Positions 53,073 through 60,933 of a DNA stretch of 64,000 bases are shown here, in pieces. Under the pieces are notes generated by a model. The model was given only the letters and a program-made list of their open reading frames with translations. It was not told where the DNA came from and did no database searches. The DNA is taken from the NCBI GenBank assembly GCA_003209675.1, contig QCPX01000008.1:3429-67428 (forward strand), read 5' to 3'. Position numbers and translations under genes: made by a program. Each line of letters begins with the position of its first letter. The first letter of the stretch is position 1. The stretch is from Prochlorococcus sp. AG-442-N07 (GTDB lineage: Bacteria > Cyanobacteriota > Cyanobacteriia > PCC-6307 > Cyanobiaceae).

Positions 53073-53507
53073 TTAACTTTGTGCTTGATAGCAGTTCTGG
53101 CAAAGTCCAAAATACTCCAGGGTATGAAACAACAATTGGAATTTCTTTGGATTTGTTTTGGGTGTATGAATATCTTTTACAGGGCACCCTTCCATTTTTG
53201 ATGTCTCACCACATTGAACACAAGTCAAATGATGAATGTCTCTGTCTACGGGAGTGTAAAGAACCTCTCCTGTTGGGAGATGTCTAGAACGTATTAAACC
53301 ATGCTTTATAAGAACTTGAAGATTCCTGTAAACAGTTGTCAGTCCCATAGCTTTTCCGCTTTCAATCAATTGTCTATGCAACTCTTGACCGCTCAGTTCA
53401 TCATCACATTTATTAAGTTCTTCAAGAAGTTGTTCTTGTCTTTTGGTAATGTCAGGCTTAGTTACCATTGTTTCCGAAATTTTTTTTTGTTCCGTATTTT
53501 TGATCAT
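53073..53507 (-). CDS. zur: Fur-family regulator, Zur
   Basis: TTVYRNL HTH, HHLTCVQC and GLCQNC; lies inside the znu cluster. The true start could be the internal Met (MVTKPD). Confidence 0.88.
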   Translation of the reverse strand: MIKNTEQKKISETMVTKPDITKRQEQLLEELNKCDDELSGQELHRQLIESGKAMGLTTVYRNLQVLIKHGLIRSRHLPTGEVLYTPVDRDIHHLTCVQCGETSKMEGCPVKDIHTPKTNPKKFQLLFHTLEYFGLCQNCYQAQS

Positions 53508-53521
53508 ACCGAATCCTTAGA

Positions 53522-54310
53522 TTGATGTCTTTTATTAATAGCAGTTGGTGGTTTGTTCCTTTAATAATAACTATTTTTTCAGGAATTCTATGTCCAGCTA
53601 TGGGAACTGTATTAATAACACATAGGAGATTACTGCAAGTAAATTTAATTTCTCACTGCGTTTTGCCAGGGCTTGCTTTAGCATTGGCCCTTGGAATTCA
53701 TCCTTCAATTGGTGGGGTTATCAGTGGTCTTTTAGGTTCTGTAATTGCAGAAAGTTTAACTAATAAAAAGAGTGAAAACTATGAAGCAATAATGAACACA
53801 ATATTAGCCGGAATGCTTGGGTTTGGAGTCCTTATAATCCCTCTACTCGGAATAAGGATTGATTTGGAGGCAGTATTATTTGGCGATTTATTGACAGCAA
53901 ATTTTGGAGATTTACTTAGAACAATAATTGCTTTTTTAGTATTTATACTTTTAATGACTTTTGGATATGAAAAGGTTGTTTATGTTGGATTAGATCCAGA
54001 AGGTGCATCCGCGAGTGGTATAAACGTTTCTTTATTAAATCTTGCTTTGAGTTTTACAACGGCATTAGTAATTGTTAGTTCAATGTCAGCAGTGGGAGTA
54101 ATTCTTGTAATTGCTCTTCTTTCTACGCCAACTTTGTTAGGGCTAAATAAGGCTCATAGTTTAAGAATTGCAATGATGAGGTCTTCATTTTTTGGATTAT
54201 GTATCTCACTTCTTGGATTTATTCTCTCTATAGTCTTTAATCTTTCGCCTGGACCTGCAATTAGCGTTATTTGTGTTGCGTCCCTTTTAATTCCTAAGCT
54301 TCGCAAATAA
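53522..54310 (+). CDS. znuB: Metal ABC transporter permease
   Basis: SHCVLPG, LFGDLL, DPEGASASG and VGVILVIALL motifs. Confidence 0.88.
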   Translation: MMSFINSSWWFVPLIITIFSGILCPAMGTVLITHRRLLQVNLISHCVLPGLALALALGIHPSIGGVISGLLGSVIAESLTNKKSENYEAIMNTILAGMLGFGVLIIPLLGIRIDLEAVLFGDLLTANFGDLLRTIIAFLVFILLMTFGYEKVVYVGLDPEGASASGINVSLLNLALSFTTALVIVSSMSAVGVILVIALLSTPTLLGLNKAHSLRIAMMRSSFFGLCISLLGFILSIVFNLSPGPAISVICVASLLIPKLRK

Positions 54311-54457
54311 TTAAATCTTAAATGTCCAATCAGAATTTAATGCTTGAGCTTTTGGATTGTTTTTTAAAGCTAATTCCATAGCTTCTTTTTTATTATTAGC
54401 TATAACAACTTCATCAAATTCCTTTCCATTTTTTTTGAGACTTACTTTAAAACGCAT
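54311..54457 (-). CDS. 48-aa hypothetical protein
   Basis: Manual translation MRFKVSLKKNGKEFDEVVIANNKKEAMELALKNNPKAQALNSDWTFKI. Confidence 0.65.
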   Translation of the reverse strand: MRFKVSLKKNGKEFDEVVIANNKKEAMELALKNNPKAQALNSDWTFKI

Positions 54458-54540
54458 AAAAATTATTTAATTAATCAAAAGTTAACTACTAAGCAACTAG
54501 ATTTAAATACTTTTAAAAGTTAATTGATGAAATAGAAACT

Positions 54541-54789
54541 TTAGTTATTCTGAAGTTTTTCTACTACAGATTCTTTCTCAATTTTAGCTACATCCTGTAA
54601 TCCATTAGCATCGAACCAAGGAGCGTTTTCCCAATTAAATCCTTCCCCAAAAGTATTATCAGGAGCAGCTACGTACCAGTGACATGATGAATCGGGAACA
54701 TCTACAGCACATTTTGACCAGTCAGCCTCCCACTGTGGAACCTGTACCCACATCACAGATGCTAATAAAAAAGAAAAAATAAAATTCAT
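54541..54789 (-). CDS. Conserved Trp/Cys-rich secreted hypothetical protein
   Basis: WVQVPQW..DWSKCAVDVPDSSCHWYV...WENAPWF. Confidence 0.75.
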   Translation of the reverse strand: MNFIFSFLLASVMWVQVPQWEADWSKCAVDVPDSSCHWYVAAPDNTFGEGFNWENAPWFDANGLQDVAKIEKESVVEKLQNN

Positions 54790-54798
54790 AATTATCAG

Positions 54799-54942
54799 TT
54801 AGCAAAATTTTGAAAGATTTTTTTCACATTCTTTCTTTCTTTTCTTCCAGTAATTTTCAAGTATTTGATATTTATGCTTATTTTTGAATTGACTTAAATG
54901 AATATTATTCTGATTAAGAACTGAAGTATTTTTGATTTTCAT
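54799..54942 (-). CDS. 47-aa basic hypothetical protein
   Basis: Manual translation MKIKNTSVLNQNNIHLSQFKNKHKYQILENYWKKRKKECEKNLSKFC. Confidence 0.45.
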   Translation of the reverse strand: MKIKNTSVLNQNNIHLSQFKNKHKYQILENYWKKRKKECEKNLSKFC

Positions 54943-55019
54943 GACTCAAGCTGTCTATGTAGAACATATTTAAAACACTTTATAGATTTTTTGAAGTGAA
55001 TTTATACCTAATTTTTGTC

Positions 55020-55154
55020 CTACTTTTGTGTAGGTAAGTATTTTTCGGGATTATTTTCAATATAAGTAAGCGAATATTTGACAACACCCACTATTACTGA
55101 AAAAAGAGCAATTGCCGAAATAATAAAAATGATTTTTTTGTAAATGATTTTCAT
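55020..55154 (-). CDS. 44-aa single-TM protein
   Basis: Manual translation MKIIYKKIIFIISAIALFSVIVGVVKYSLTYIENNPEKYLPTQK. Confidence 0.55.
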   Translation of the reverse strand: MKIIYKKIIFIISAIALFSVIVGVVKYSLTYIENNPEKYLPTQK

Positions 55155-55270
55155 GAATTTTTTATGTTTTTATTATTATTTTTCACCAACGTCCAATTTT
55201 TCTTAAAGATTTAAATAAATAGTAATTTATACTGTAGCTTTTTAAATTACCTACGGAGTAAATTAAATAC

Positions 55271-55342
55271 ATCAGAAACTCCTCACACACTTTTTTCTGA
55301 TAACTTTAAAAGTACTCCGACCTTGATGTTTGAGTACTTTTT
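55271..55342 (+). ncRNA. Yfr1-paralogous small RNA (Yfr10-like)
   Basis: ACTCCTCACAC motif displayed in the loop of the ATCAGAAA/TTTCTGAT hairpin; terminator AAAAGTACTC...GAGTACTTTT; -10 TAAATT at 55259-55264. Confidence 0.75.
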
Positions 55343-55419
55343 GTATTTTTTTGAGATGTGACAGTTAAAATAGAGGTCTATTAAACATTACATATTTTGA
55401 ATTTAAGTGTGATATTAAG

Positions 55420-55517
55420 ATTGTGTGTAGGAGGAATTGATTTATTTCAGTGGAAACAAGGAAACACTTGATATAAATCAATTTTAAAAGATCTCTCTTT
55501 GAGGGGTCTTTTTTTTT
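55420..55517 (+). ncRNA. Yfr2-family small RNA
   Basis: 5' GTGTGTAGGAG motif; central hairpin TTGATTTAT...GTGGAAACAAGGAAACAC...ATAAATCAA; terminator AAAAGATCTCTC-TTT-GAGGGGTCTTTT plus T-run. Confidence 0.9.
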
Positions 55518-55645
55518 GGATTATTAGAAATAAATATTAAATTATGAATATAAAAACAAATATGCTTTCTTCCAAAATAATTAGGTCGTCATTACAAATT
55601 AGTAGTTTAATTCGTTAGATTATGAGTCGTTAAATTCTTCTGTTA

Positions 55646-56029
55646 ATGCAAATACTTTTTTTAACAATTTTAATTTGTTCAAGCTTTTTATTCCCTTCTT
55701 CATCATTTGCCTCACATATAGAACTAAAACCTTGTGTAGAGATTGCTCATTGTGTACGAGAAGAATGGGAGGTTAATAATATTGAGAAACCTTTTGAAGA
55801 GATTAAAACATTTATCGAAAACACTCCAAGAACTGAGATTGTAGAAATAGATGGCGATTATCTTCATGCTGAGGCAACCAGTAAATGGATGAAGTATGTA
55901 GACGACTTAGAAGTATCCTTTCTACCTGAATCAAACATTTTATCAATAAGATCAGAATCAAGAGTTGGAGAAAGTGATTTGGGAGTGAATCAAAAAAGAG
56001 TTGATTTATTAAAATCTAAAATGTTTTAA
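55646..56029 (+). CDS. DUF1499 family protein
   Basis: Signal peptide; YVDDLE and IRSESRVGESDLGVNQKR motifs. Confidence 0.88.
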   Translation: MQILFLTILICSSFLFPSSSFASHIELKPCVEIAHCVREEWEVNNIEKPFEEIKTFIENTPRTEIVEIDGDYLHAEATSKWMKYVDDLEVSFLPESNILSIRSESRVGESDLGVNQKRVDLLKSKMF

Positions 56030-56113
56030 GGTATAAAGTAAAAAAAAATAATTTATTTTTATTGTTTTTTGTATAACTTTTTCATTTTTAAAAAAAATTA
56101 GCAGATAAAAAAG

Positions 56114-56128
56114 TGATAATTGTCATCA
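56114..56128. promoter_or_regulatory. Possible Fur/Zur-type box
   Basis: TGATAAT-T-GTCATCA, two mismatches from the 7-1-7 consensus, 42 nt upstream of ORF 56170. Confidence 0.35.
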
Positions 56129-56169
56129 TGCCTTGATAATGGCAAATTTATTAGATTTTCTCTGAAAAG

Positions 56170-56454
56170 ATGATCATAAATTTTATATATTTATTATTAT
56201 CTAGTTTTGTTTTTTTCTGGTTTTATATAAATATTAAAAAAAATGGAGTTAAATGGATAATCAAAGGTCTTTTGCAAATTGGAATATTGGTATTATTCAT
56301 TGGAGGGTTTTTCAAAATATTTTTCGCCTTACCCCCTAATTTATTTATAAAAATATTTTTTCTTATTATTTATACATGGTGCACTGTTGGAATAAATGTA
56401 AATTTCATGATCCCTTTGATTAGTTTGATTGACCAAAAAATAGTAAAAAAATAA
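56170..56454 (+). CDS. Hypothetical 3-TM membrane protein
   Basis: 94-aa hydrophobic ORF. Confidence 0.6.
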   Translation: MIINFIYLLLSSFVFFWFYINIKKNGVKWIIKGLLQIGILVLFIGGFFKIFFALPPNLFIKIFFLIIYTWCTVGINVNFMIPLISLIDQKIVKK

Positions 56455-56529
56455 AACTAAAATTTGCCTTAATTATCAGTACAAAAATAAATCTATTTCC
56501 TTAATCTGCAATATTAAAATATATAGGAT

Positions 56530-56640
56530 TTATTTTTTTCCTTTTGAAAGTCTTTTCCTTGTATACCTAGTCTTTAATGCCAAGTCTGTCATTATACATA
56601 TTCCAAATAAAAGAAGGATTATTCCAATAAAATATTTCAT
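56530..56640 (-). CDS. 36-aa single-TM protein
   Basis: Manual translation MKYFIGIILLLFGICIMTDLALKTRYTRKRLSKGKK. Confidence 0.5.
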   Translation of the reverse strand: MKYFIGIILLLFGICIMTDLALKTRYTRKRLSKGKK

Positions 56641-56670
56641 TATTTTTTATGTAATTACTATGTTTGAGAT

Positions 56671-57078
56671 TTATTCATTATGCCAACTAATTTTAATATC
56701 TATTTCTTGAGATAAATTTCTTGTAACTGGACATTCTTTGGAAGCTTTTTTCAAAAAATCAATAGTTTCATTAGAAGTGCTCTCTGGTATGAAAATATCT
56801 ATTATTAGTTCTTTTATCTTCCTCTCGCAATTTTGTGTCATTAATTTTTCAATATTTAAATATATACCTTTCAAATCAAATCCTTTCGATTTGGCTTTGA
56901 TTGCCATGATGGTTAGCAGGCAAGTACCTAGAGATGTTGCTAATAAATCAGTTGGGGAAAAACTTTCACCTTTACCGCAGTGATCTAAAGGTGCATCAGT
57001 TCTAATAAGACTTCCAGATTGTAGATGAATAGCCTCACAGTTTAAATTTCCTAAATAAGAACATTTAACTTTAGTCAT
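56671..57078 (-). CDS. OsmC/Ohr family protein
   Basis: TDAP..HCGKGESFSPTDLLATSLGTC and CPV motifs. Confidence 0.9.
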   Translation of the reverse strand: MTKVKCSYLGNLNCEAIHLQSGSLIRTDAPLDHCGKGESFSPTDLLATSLGTCLLTIMAIKAKSKGFDLKGIYLNIEKLMTQNCERKIKELIIDIFIPESTSNETIDFLKKASKECPVTRNLSQEIDIKISWHNE

Positions 57079-57205
57079 TTTAAAAAAATTAAATTAGGAA
57101 AATATTATTAATAAAAAATTATGGAACATAACAAGATTATTGATGAGAAATTTTTATTTGCATATTAGTGGAGTATTAAGGAAATTCATCATTCAAGTTT
57201 TGAAA

Positions 57206-57448
57206 TCAGTTTTTATATCCATATTCCTCTAAGCAATACTCAATTAATTCAATTGATTTATTAAGTGTTCTTTTATTTTTATTTTCTAGATCGAAACATT
57301 CATTTAAAACACGTATAGATTCATTTAAGAATGATTCTTCTTTATTTTTTATATCTTTAATTTGATTTATATAAATTAATTTTTTAATCCCAATTAGGGA
57401 AAATATGATTATTGATATTGCAAAAATTGCTATTTTGAATTTATTCAT
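57206..57448 (-). CDS. Hypothetical protein with N-terminal anchor
   Basis: 80-aa ORF with two Cys. Confidence 0.55.
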   Translation of the reverse strand: MNKFKIAIFAISIIIFSLIGIKKLIYINQIKDIKNKEESFLNESIRVLNECFDLENKNKRTLNKSIELIEYCLEEYGYKN

Positions 57449-57512
57449 ACAAATAGTTATTACAAATATTTTAATTTACTTAATATCTAAAAACTTTACA
57501 TAGCTTATAGAA

Positions 57513-57614
57513 CTAAGTAATTACATATGTAGCTGCTGTTATTGCTAAGGCAGTAATTGAAATGAAGATGTATGGAACAACCTTTAAAGGTATATATAGA
57601 TTATTTTTAGACAT
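57513..57614 (-). CDS. 33-aa single-TM protein
   Basis: Manual translation MSKNNLYIPLKVVPYIFISITALAITAATYVIT. Confidence 0.5.
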   Translation of the reverse strand: MSKNNLYIPLKVVPYIFISITALAITAATYVIT

Positions 57615-57729
57615 AACTAGAACCTTTATACAAATAATTACATTCCTTTTAAACTTTATAAGTCTTCAAATATACAAATTAATTTTCTTTGTATAAATTC
57701 AATCCTTTTAAGGATTAACAAATTTATAT

Positions 57730-57936
57730 TCATTGAATTTTCATTAAATAAAGTATATCTAAATCTTGTCTTGAGTCCGATATTTTTCTTTTTAAAAAGA
57801 TTAATTCTTCTTGGCTCATTTTTGATTCTTTTATCATCAATTCTGCTTGTTCAATAGCATGTTCTATATTTCTAATTTTAATTTCTCTTATTGAGGGATC
57901 ATCTTTACATGCTTTTTTAGTATTTGCATCTAACAT
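57730..57936 (-). CDS. Hypothetical coiled-coil protein
   Basis: 68-aa ORF, MLDANTKKACKDDP. Confidence 0.65.
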   Translation of the reverse strand: MLDANTKKACKDDPSIREIKIRNIEHAIEQAELMIKESKMSQEELIFLKRKISDSRQDLDILYLMKIQ

Positions 57937-58048
57937 ATGTACGAAAAAATCACCTTGAATATAATCTAAAATTAAAACTTCATTATGCTACAACCGCAAA
58001 TTTAATTATAATAAATTATTATAAAGTTAAGAACTTTAACCTTAGCTA

Positions 58049-58082
58049 ACCCCCTCTTCAATTGATCGAGTGGGTTTTTTTT
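58049..58082 (+). terminator. Terminator-like hairpin with T-run upstream of ORF 58117
   Basis: AACCC-CCTC...GAG-TGGGTT followed by a T-run. Confidence 0.45.
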
Positions 58083-58116
58083 ATGGTGTAATATACTCCT
58101 AGCATTTACTATTAAT

Positions 58117-58488
58117 TTGGAAGATTCAAAACTTAATCCCGAGGAAAATAATCCAATCGAATCGTCCCCCAATTTGAATGAAGACAATAAAGATCTTAAT
58201 GAGGGGAATAAAAAAGAAGAAAATGTAAAGGCATTTACAGAATTTCTAGAGAAAGCAAGTAATCAAGATTCTTTTGAAAAAGTAAAACTTGATTCTGAGC
58301 ATCAAAAACTAAAAATTGACAAATCACTTTTTAAAAGATTTCTTAATAATGGATTTGATGGCATTTCAACTAATCCAAACTATAAAATGTTGGCATTATT
58401 AATAGTCCTTTTAATTAATCTGTCTCTATTTTTTGTAATTGGCAATATGGGTAAAGCGTTTTTAAGAAATGCAGGAATTATGGGTTAA
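58117..58488 (+). CDS. Hypothetical protein with C-terminal TM helix
   Basis: 123-aa ORF, TTG start. Confidence 0.6.
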   Translation: MEDSKLNPEENNPIESSPNLNEDNKDLNEGNKKEENVKAFTEFLEKASNQDSFEKVKLDSEHQKLKIDKSLFKRFLNNGFDGISTNPNYKMLALLIVLLINLSLFFVIGNMGKAFLRNAGIMG

Positions 58489-58583
58489 AAATTATTTATT
58501 TATTTTTGGATATTCATCTTTACAATTTTGATTCTTCAAATGAAACTGTGATATTTTCTTGTCAAATTAATATTTAAAAAAAT

Positions 58584-58745
58584 TTGGATAATAAAGAGCC
58601 AGAAAATCCAGTAGTTTATCTTTCTAATTTAGTCAAGAAATTAGATGTAAAAAACAGGAATGGTTTAGTAGCTTTAGCAATAGTAAACCTTTTAGTGATT
58701 CTTTTATTTAAATTTTATTTGAAAGGATCTGGATTATTATCTTGA
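58584..58745 (+). CDS. 53-aa protein with C-terminal TM helix
   Basis: Manual translation (TTG start) MDNKEPENPVVYLSNLVKKLDVKNRNGLVALAIVNLLVILFIKFYLKGSGLLS. Confidence 0.5.
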   Translation: MDNKEPENPVVYLSNLVKKLDVKNRNGLVALAIVNLLVILLFKFYLKGSGLLS

Positions 58746-58762
58746 ATTAACTGCTGGTAGTA

Positions 58763-59077
58763 TTATTCAGCATTCTCAAATTGTTTTGCTAATCTAAATG
58801 CCTTCTTAATTATTAGAAAGCCACCATATGCTCCTGCCAGTAAAGGTAATATTATTAAAGGGTTAGGGGAATAATCTGAATAATTTTTCACACCCTCAAC
58901 ATATTCATAACCTGAACATTTAAGAAAGATAAAGCTAAAAAATGTGATACTCCAACCAATGATTGATAAAAAGCCACCTTTTTTATCACCTTCGTAGAAT
59001 CTGTCTAGACCTAAGCCCCAACCTCCTATTAGGAATATTCCTCTAACAACAGAATTTTTTTCTTGATTTCTAAGCAT
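58763..59077 (-). CDS. TM2/NINE-like membrane protein
   Basis: GGWGLGLDRFYEG resembles the TM2 GxxGxHRFYLG motif. Confidence 0.6.
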   Translation of the reverse strand: MLRNQEKNSVVRGIFLIGGWGLGLDRFYEGDKKGGFLSIIGWSITFFSFIFLKCSGYEYVEGVKNYSDYSPNPLIILPLLAGAYGGFLIIKKAFRLAKQFENAE

Positions 59078-59208
59078 AATAAAAAAATGTTCATTATGAA
59101 CATAACCTATTTGTATTTAAGATGTGAGATGTTTTTATTAATTAATCTTTAAAATAAATTTTTAATGGTTTTTTCTATAAATTACAAAATTATTATTCAG
59201 TGTTTTTA

Positions 59209-59979
59209 TTAATCATTAGAGATTGTATTTGAATTCAACAAGGAAATTGAAGGCCTTATATAAATAAAAATAGACCCATACATATCCTGCATAATTCTCA
59301 TATCATCGTCTAAATATACAATTGAAACCTGGCAATTTGGCGATTCTTTATTCCAAGGTAACTTATTCCATACCTCTTTAACTGGATACCATCTATCCAT
59401 AAGTAATTCACTAAATAATGGAATCTTATTAAGACCATCAACTTTGGAAACTTTTGTCTTTTGTAAGTTCATATCAAGTAAATTATTTCTTAAAACTAAA
59501 TCACTTGCTAGGGTTATTACTCTTCCACCAAAAGTAGGCAGTAGTTTGAACCAACCTAAGATAGGAATAGTTGTAAGCCCAAATATTGTAGTGTCAAAAG
59601 TAGATATAAATTCTTTTTTTTCAAAATCAATCTTTTGAGCAATTCTCCCAATAGTTGATATGCCAAATGATCCTACTTGCAATTGATGTAATTTAAAAAA
59701 AAGATTACTTTTAAATTCATCATTTAATGCCTTTTCAATAGCAAGGAAGAAAGGTGAACTTCGAAATAATTCAACATTAGAAAAAATCAATTCCCACTCT
59801 CCAGACAATGACTTTTCTGATATTTCAAAACTAAATTCTTTAAGAGCATCAATCAATTGATCCATTTCATTAGCTTTTTCTTCGTACATAGGAGAAATCA
59901 ATTTATTTAATCTCTGCCCTCTATCTGTAACAGCAGCTATTTTATATATATTTGACTTTATCTCTCCAATTTCTTTCAT
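59209..59979 (-). CDS. PAP/fibrillin family protein
   Basis: AAVTDRG, LSGEWELIFS and IVYLDDDMRI motifs. Confidence 0.8.
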   Translation of the reverse strand: MKEIGEIKSNIYKIAAVTDRGQRLNKLISPMYEEKANEMDQLIDALKEFSFEISEKSLSGEWELIFSNVELFRSSPFFLAIEKALNDEFKSNLFFKLHQLQVGSFGISTIGRIAQKIDFEKKEFISTFDTTIFGLTTIPILGWFKLLPTFGGRVITLASDLVLRNNLLDMNLQKTKVSKVDGLNKIPLFSELLMDRWYPVKEVWNKLPWNKESPNCQVSIVYLDDDMRIMQDMYGSIFIYIRPSISLLNSNTISND

Positions 59980-60064
59980 AACTCCAATACAAGAAATACT
60001 AATTAATCTTAGGAATTTAATTTGATGTTGATGGCAATTTTAATAATGCTGGTAATAAAATCAA

Positions 60065-60247
60065 TTAATATTCTCCCCACCTTTTACCAATATCAAAACC
60101 CCATTCAGTGGTTAATCTAATTACTTCATCATGATTCTTGCATTTTGAAAGGGATAACTTTTTACTAGGATTATTTTTTATTAGCTCAGCAATTTGATTA
60201 AGTTGCTCAATTTTTTTTAGAAAATTACTTAGATCTTTATCTGACAT
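60065..60247 (-). CDS. Stand-alone Nif11-like domain protein
   Basis: MSDKDLSNFLKKI...CKNHDEVIRLTTEWGFDI resembles the Nif11 MS...L..FL...EVV.LA...GF.F pattern. Confidence 0.6.
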   Translation of the reverse strand: MSDKDLSNFLKKIEQLNQIAELIKNNPSKKLSLSKCKNHDEVIRLTTEWGFDIGKRWGEY

Positions 60248-60251
60248 TTAT

Positions 60252-60359
60252 CTAGGAAGTAAATTTTTGATCATAAGTAAATATGTAATAAAGAACCCAG
60301 GCAACACCAATAATAAGAATTGCAATCATTATATTTACTGACCAAACTACTTCTATCAT
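60252..60359 (-). CDS. 35-aa single-TM protein
   Basis: Manual translation MIEVVWSVNIMIAILIIGVAWVLYYIFTYDQKFTS. Confidence 0.6.
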   Translation of the reverse strand: MIEVVWSVNIMIAILIIGVAWVLYYIFTYDQKFTS

Positions 60360-60482
60360 GTAATTTTTTTTATATATTTTTAATATATCCAAAATTTAAA
60401 TTAAATTAACCGTTAAAAATTTAAATCTAGAACAATACACTACTACTAGGTATATAGAATAGTCATAAATAGTCTAAAAATT

Positions 60483-60662
60483 ATGGGAGAAGCTAAGAGA
60501 AGGGAAGAATTAGGCTTACCACCTAGAGAAAAGAAAAAGGAAAAACAAACATCGAAAAATCAACTAAACAAAATTTTAAATAAATATCCTTATTTACCTT
60601 TCATTTTAGGTTTTTCATTACTAGCAATATTAATTATCGATTTAGTTAATTACTACAAATAG
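60483..60662 (+). CDS. DUF2839-like small protein
   Basis: Manual translation MGEAKRREELGLPPREKKK...PFILGFSLLAILIIDLVNYYK; the MGEAKRR start is typical of this cyanobacterial family. Confidence 0.75.
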   Translation: MGEAKRREELGLPPREKKKEKQTSKNQLNKILNKYPYLPFILGFSLLAILIIDLVNYYK

Positions 60663-60694
60663 ATATATAAAAAGGGGATACTTTTAGCAGAAGA

Positions 60695-60718
60695 GAAGAT
60701 TATCTTCGCAATTGCGAA
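60695..60718. promoter_or_regulatory. Overlapping palindromes, candidate operator
   Basis: GAAGAT-T-ATCTTC (60695-60707) overlapping the perfect 14-bp TTCGCAATTGCGAA (60705-60718), 30 nt before the likely ATG at 60748. Confidence 0.4.
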
Positions 60719-60933
60719 ATTATTTTTCCATAATAAAAATAAAACTCATGAAACCGATTAACACCTCATGCGCCTTAATTTTAGGGGTACTAACTTTGTT
60801 TTCAATATCTAATGTAAATGCAGGTGGCTGCAGTTCTCATATTGAGAAGAAGGCAGAAATTGAATGCTTGTCTGATGATAAAAAATGTATAGAAGCGAAA
60901 GAAAAAGAATCACTATACAAAGTTGAGGCCTAA
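60712..60933 (+). CDS. Small secreted Cys-containing protein (likely start 60748)
   Basis: Signal peptide ending VNA, then GGCSSH...C......C. Confidence 0.6.
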   Translation: MRNYFSIIKIKLMKPINTSCALILGVLTLFSISNVNAGGCSSHIEKKAEIECLSDDKKCIEAKEKESLYKVEA

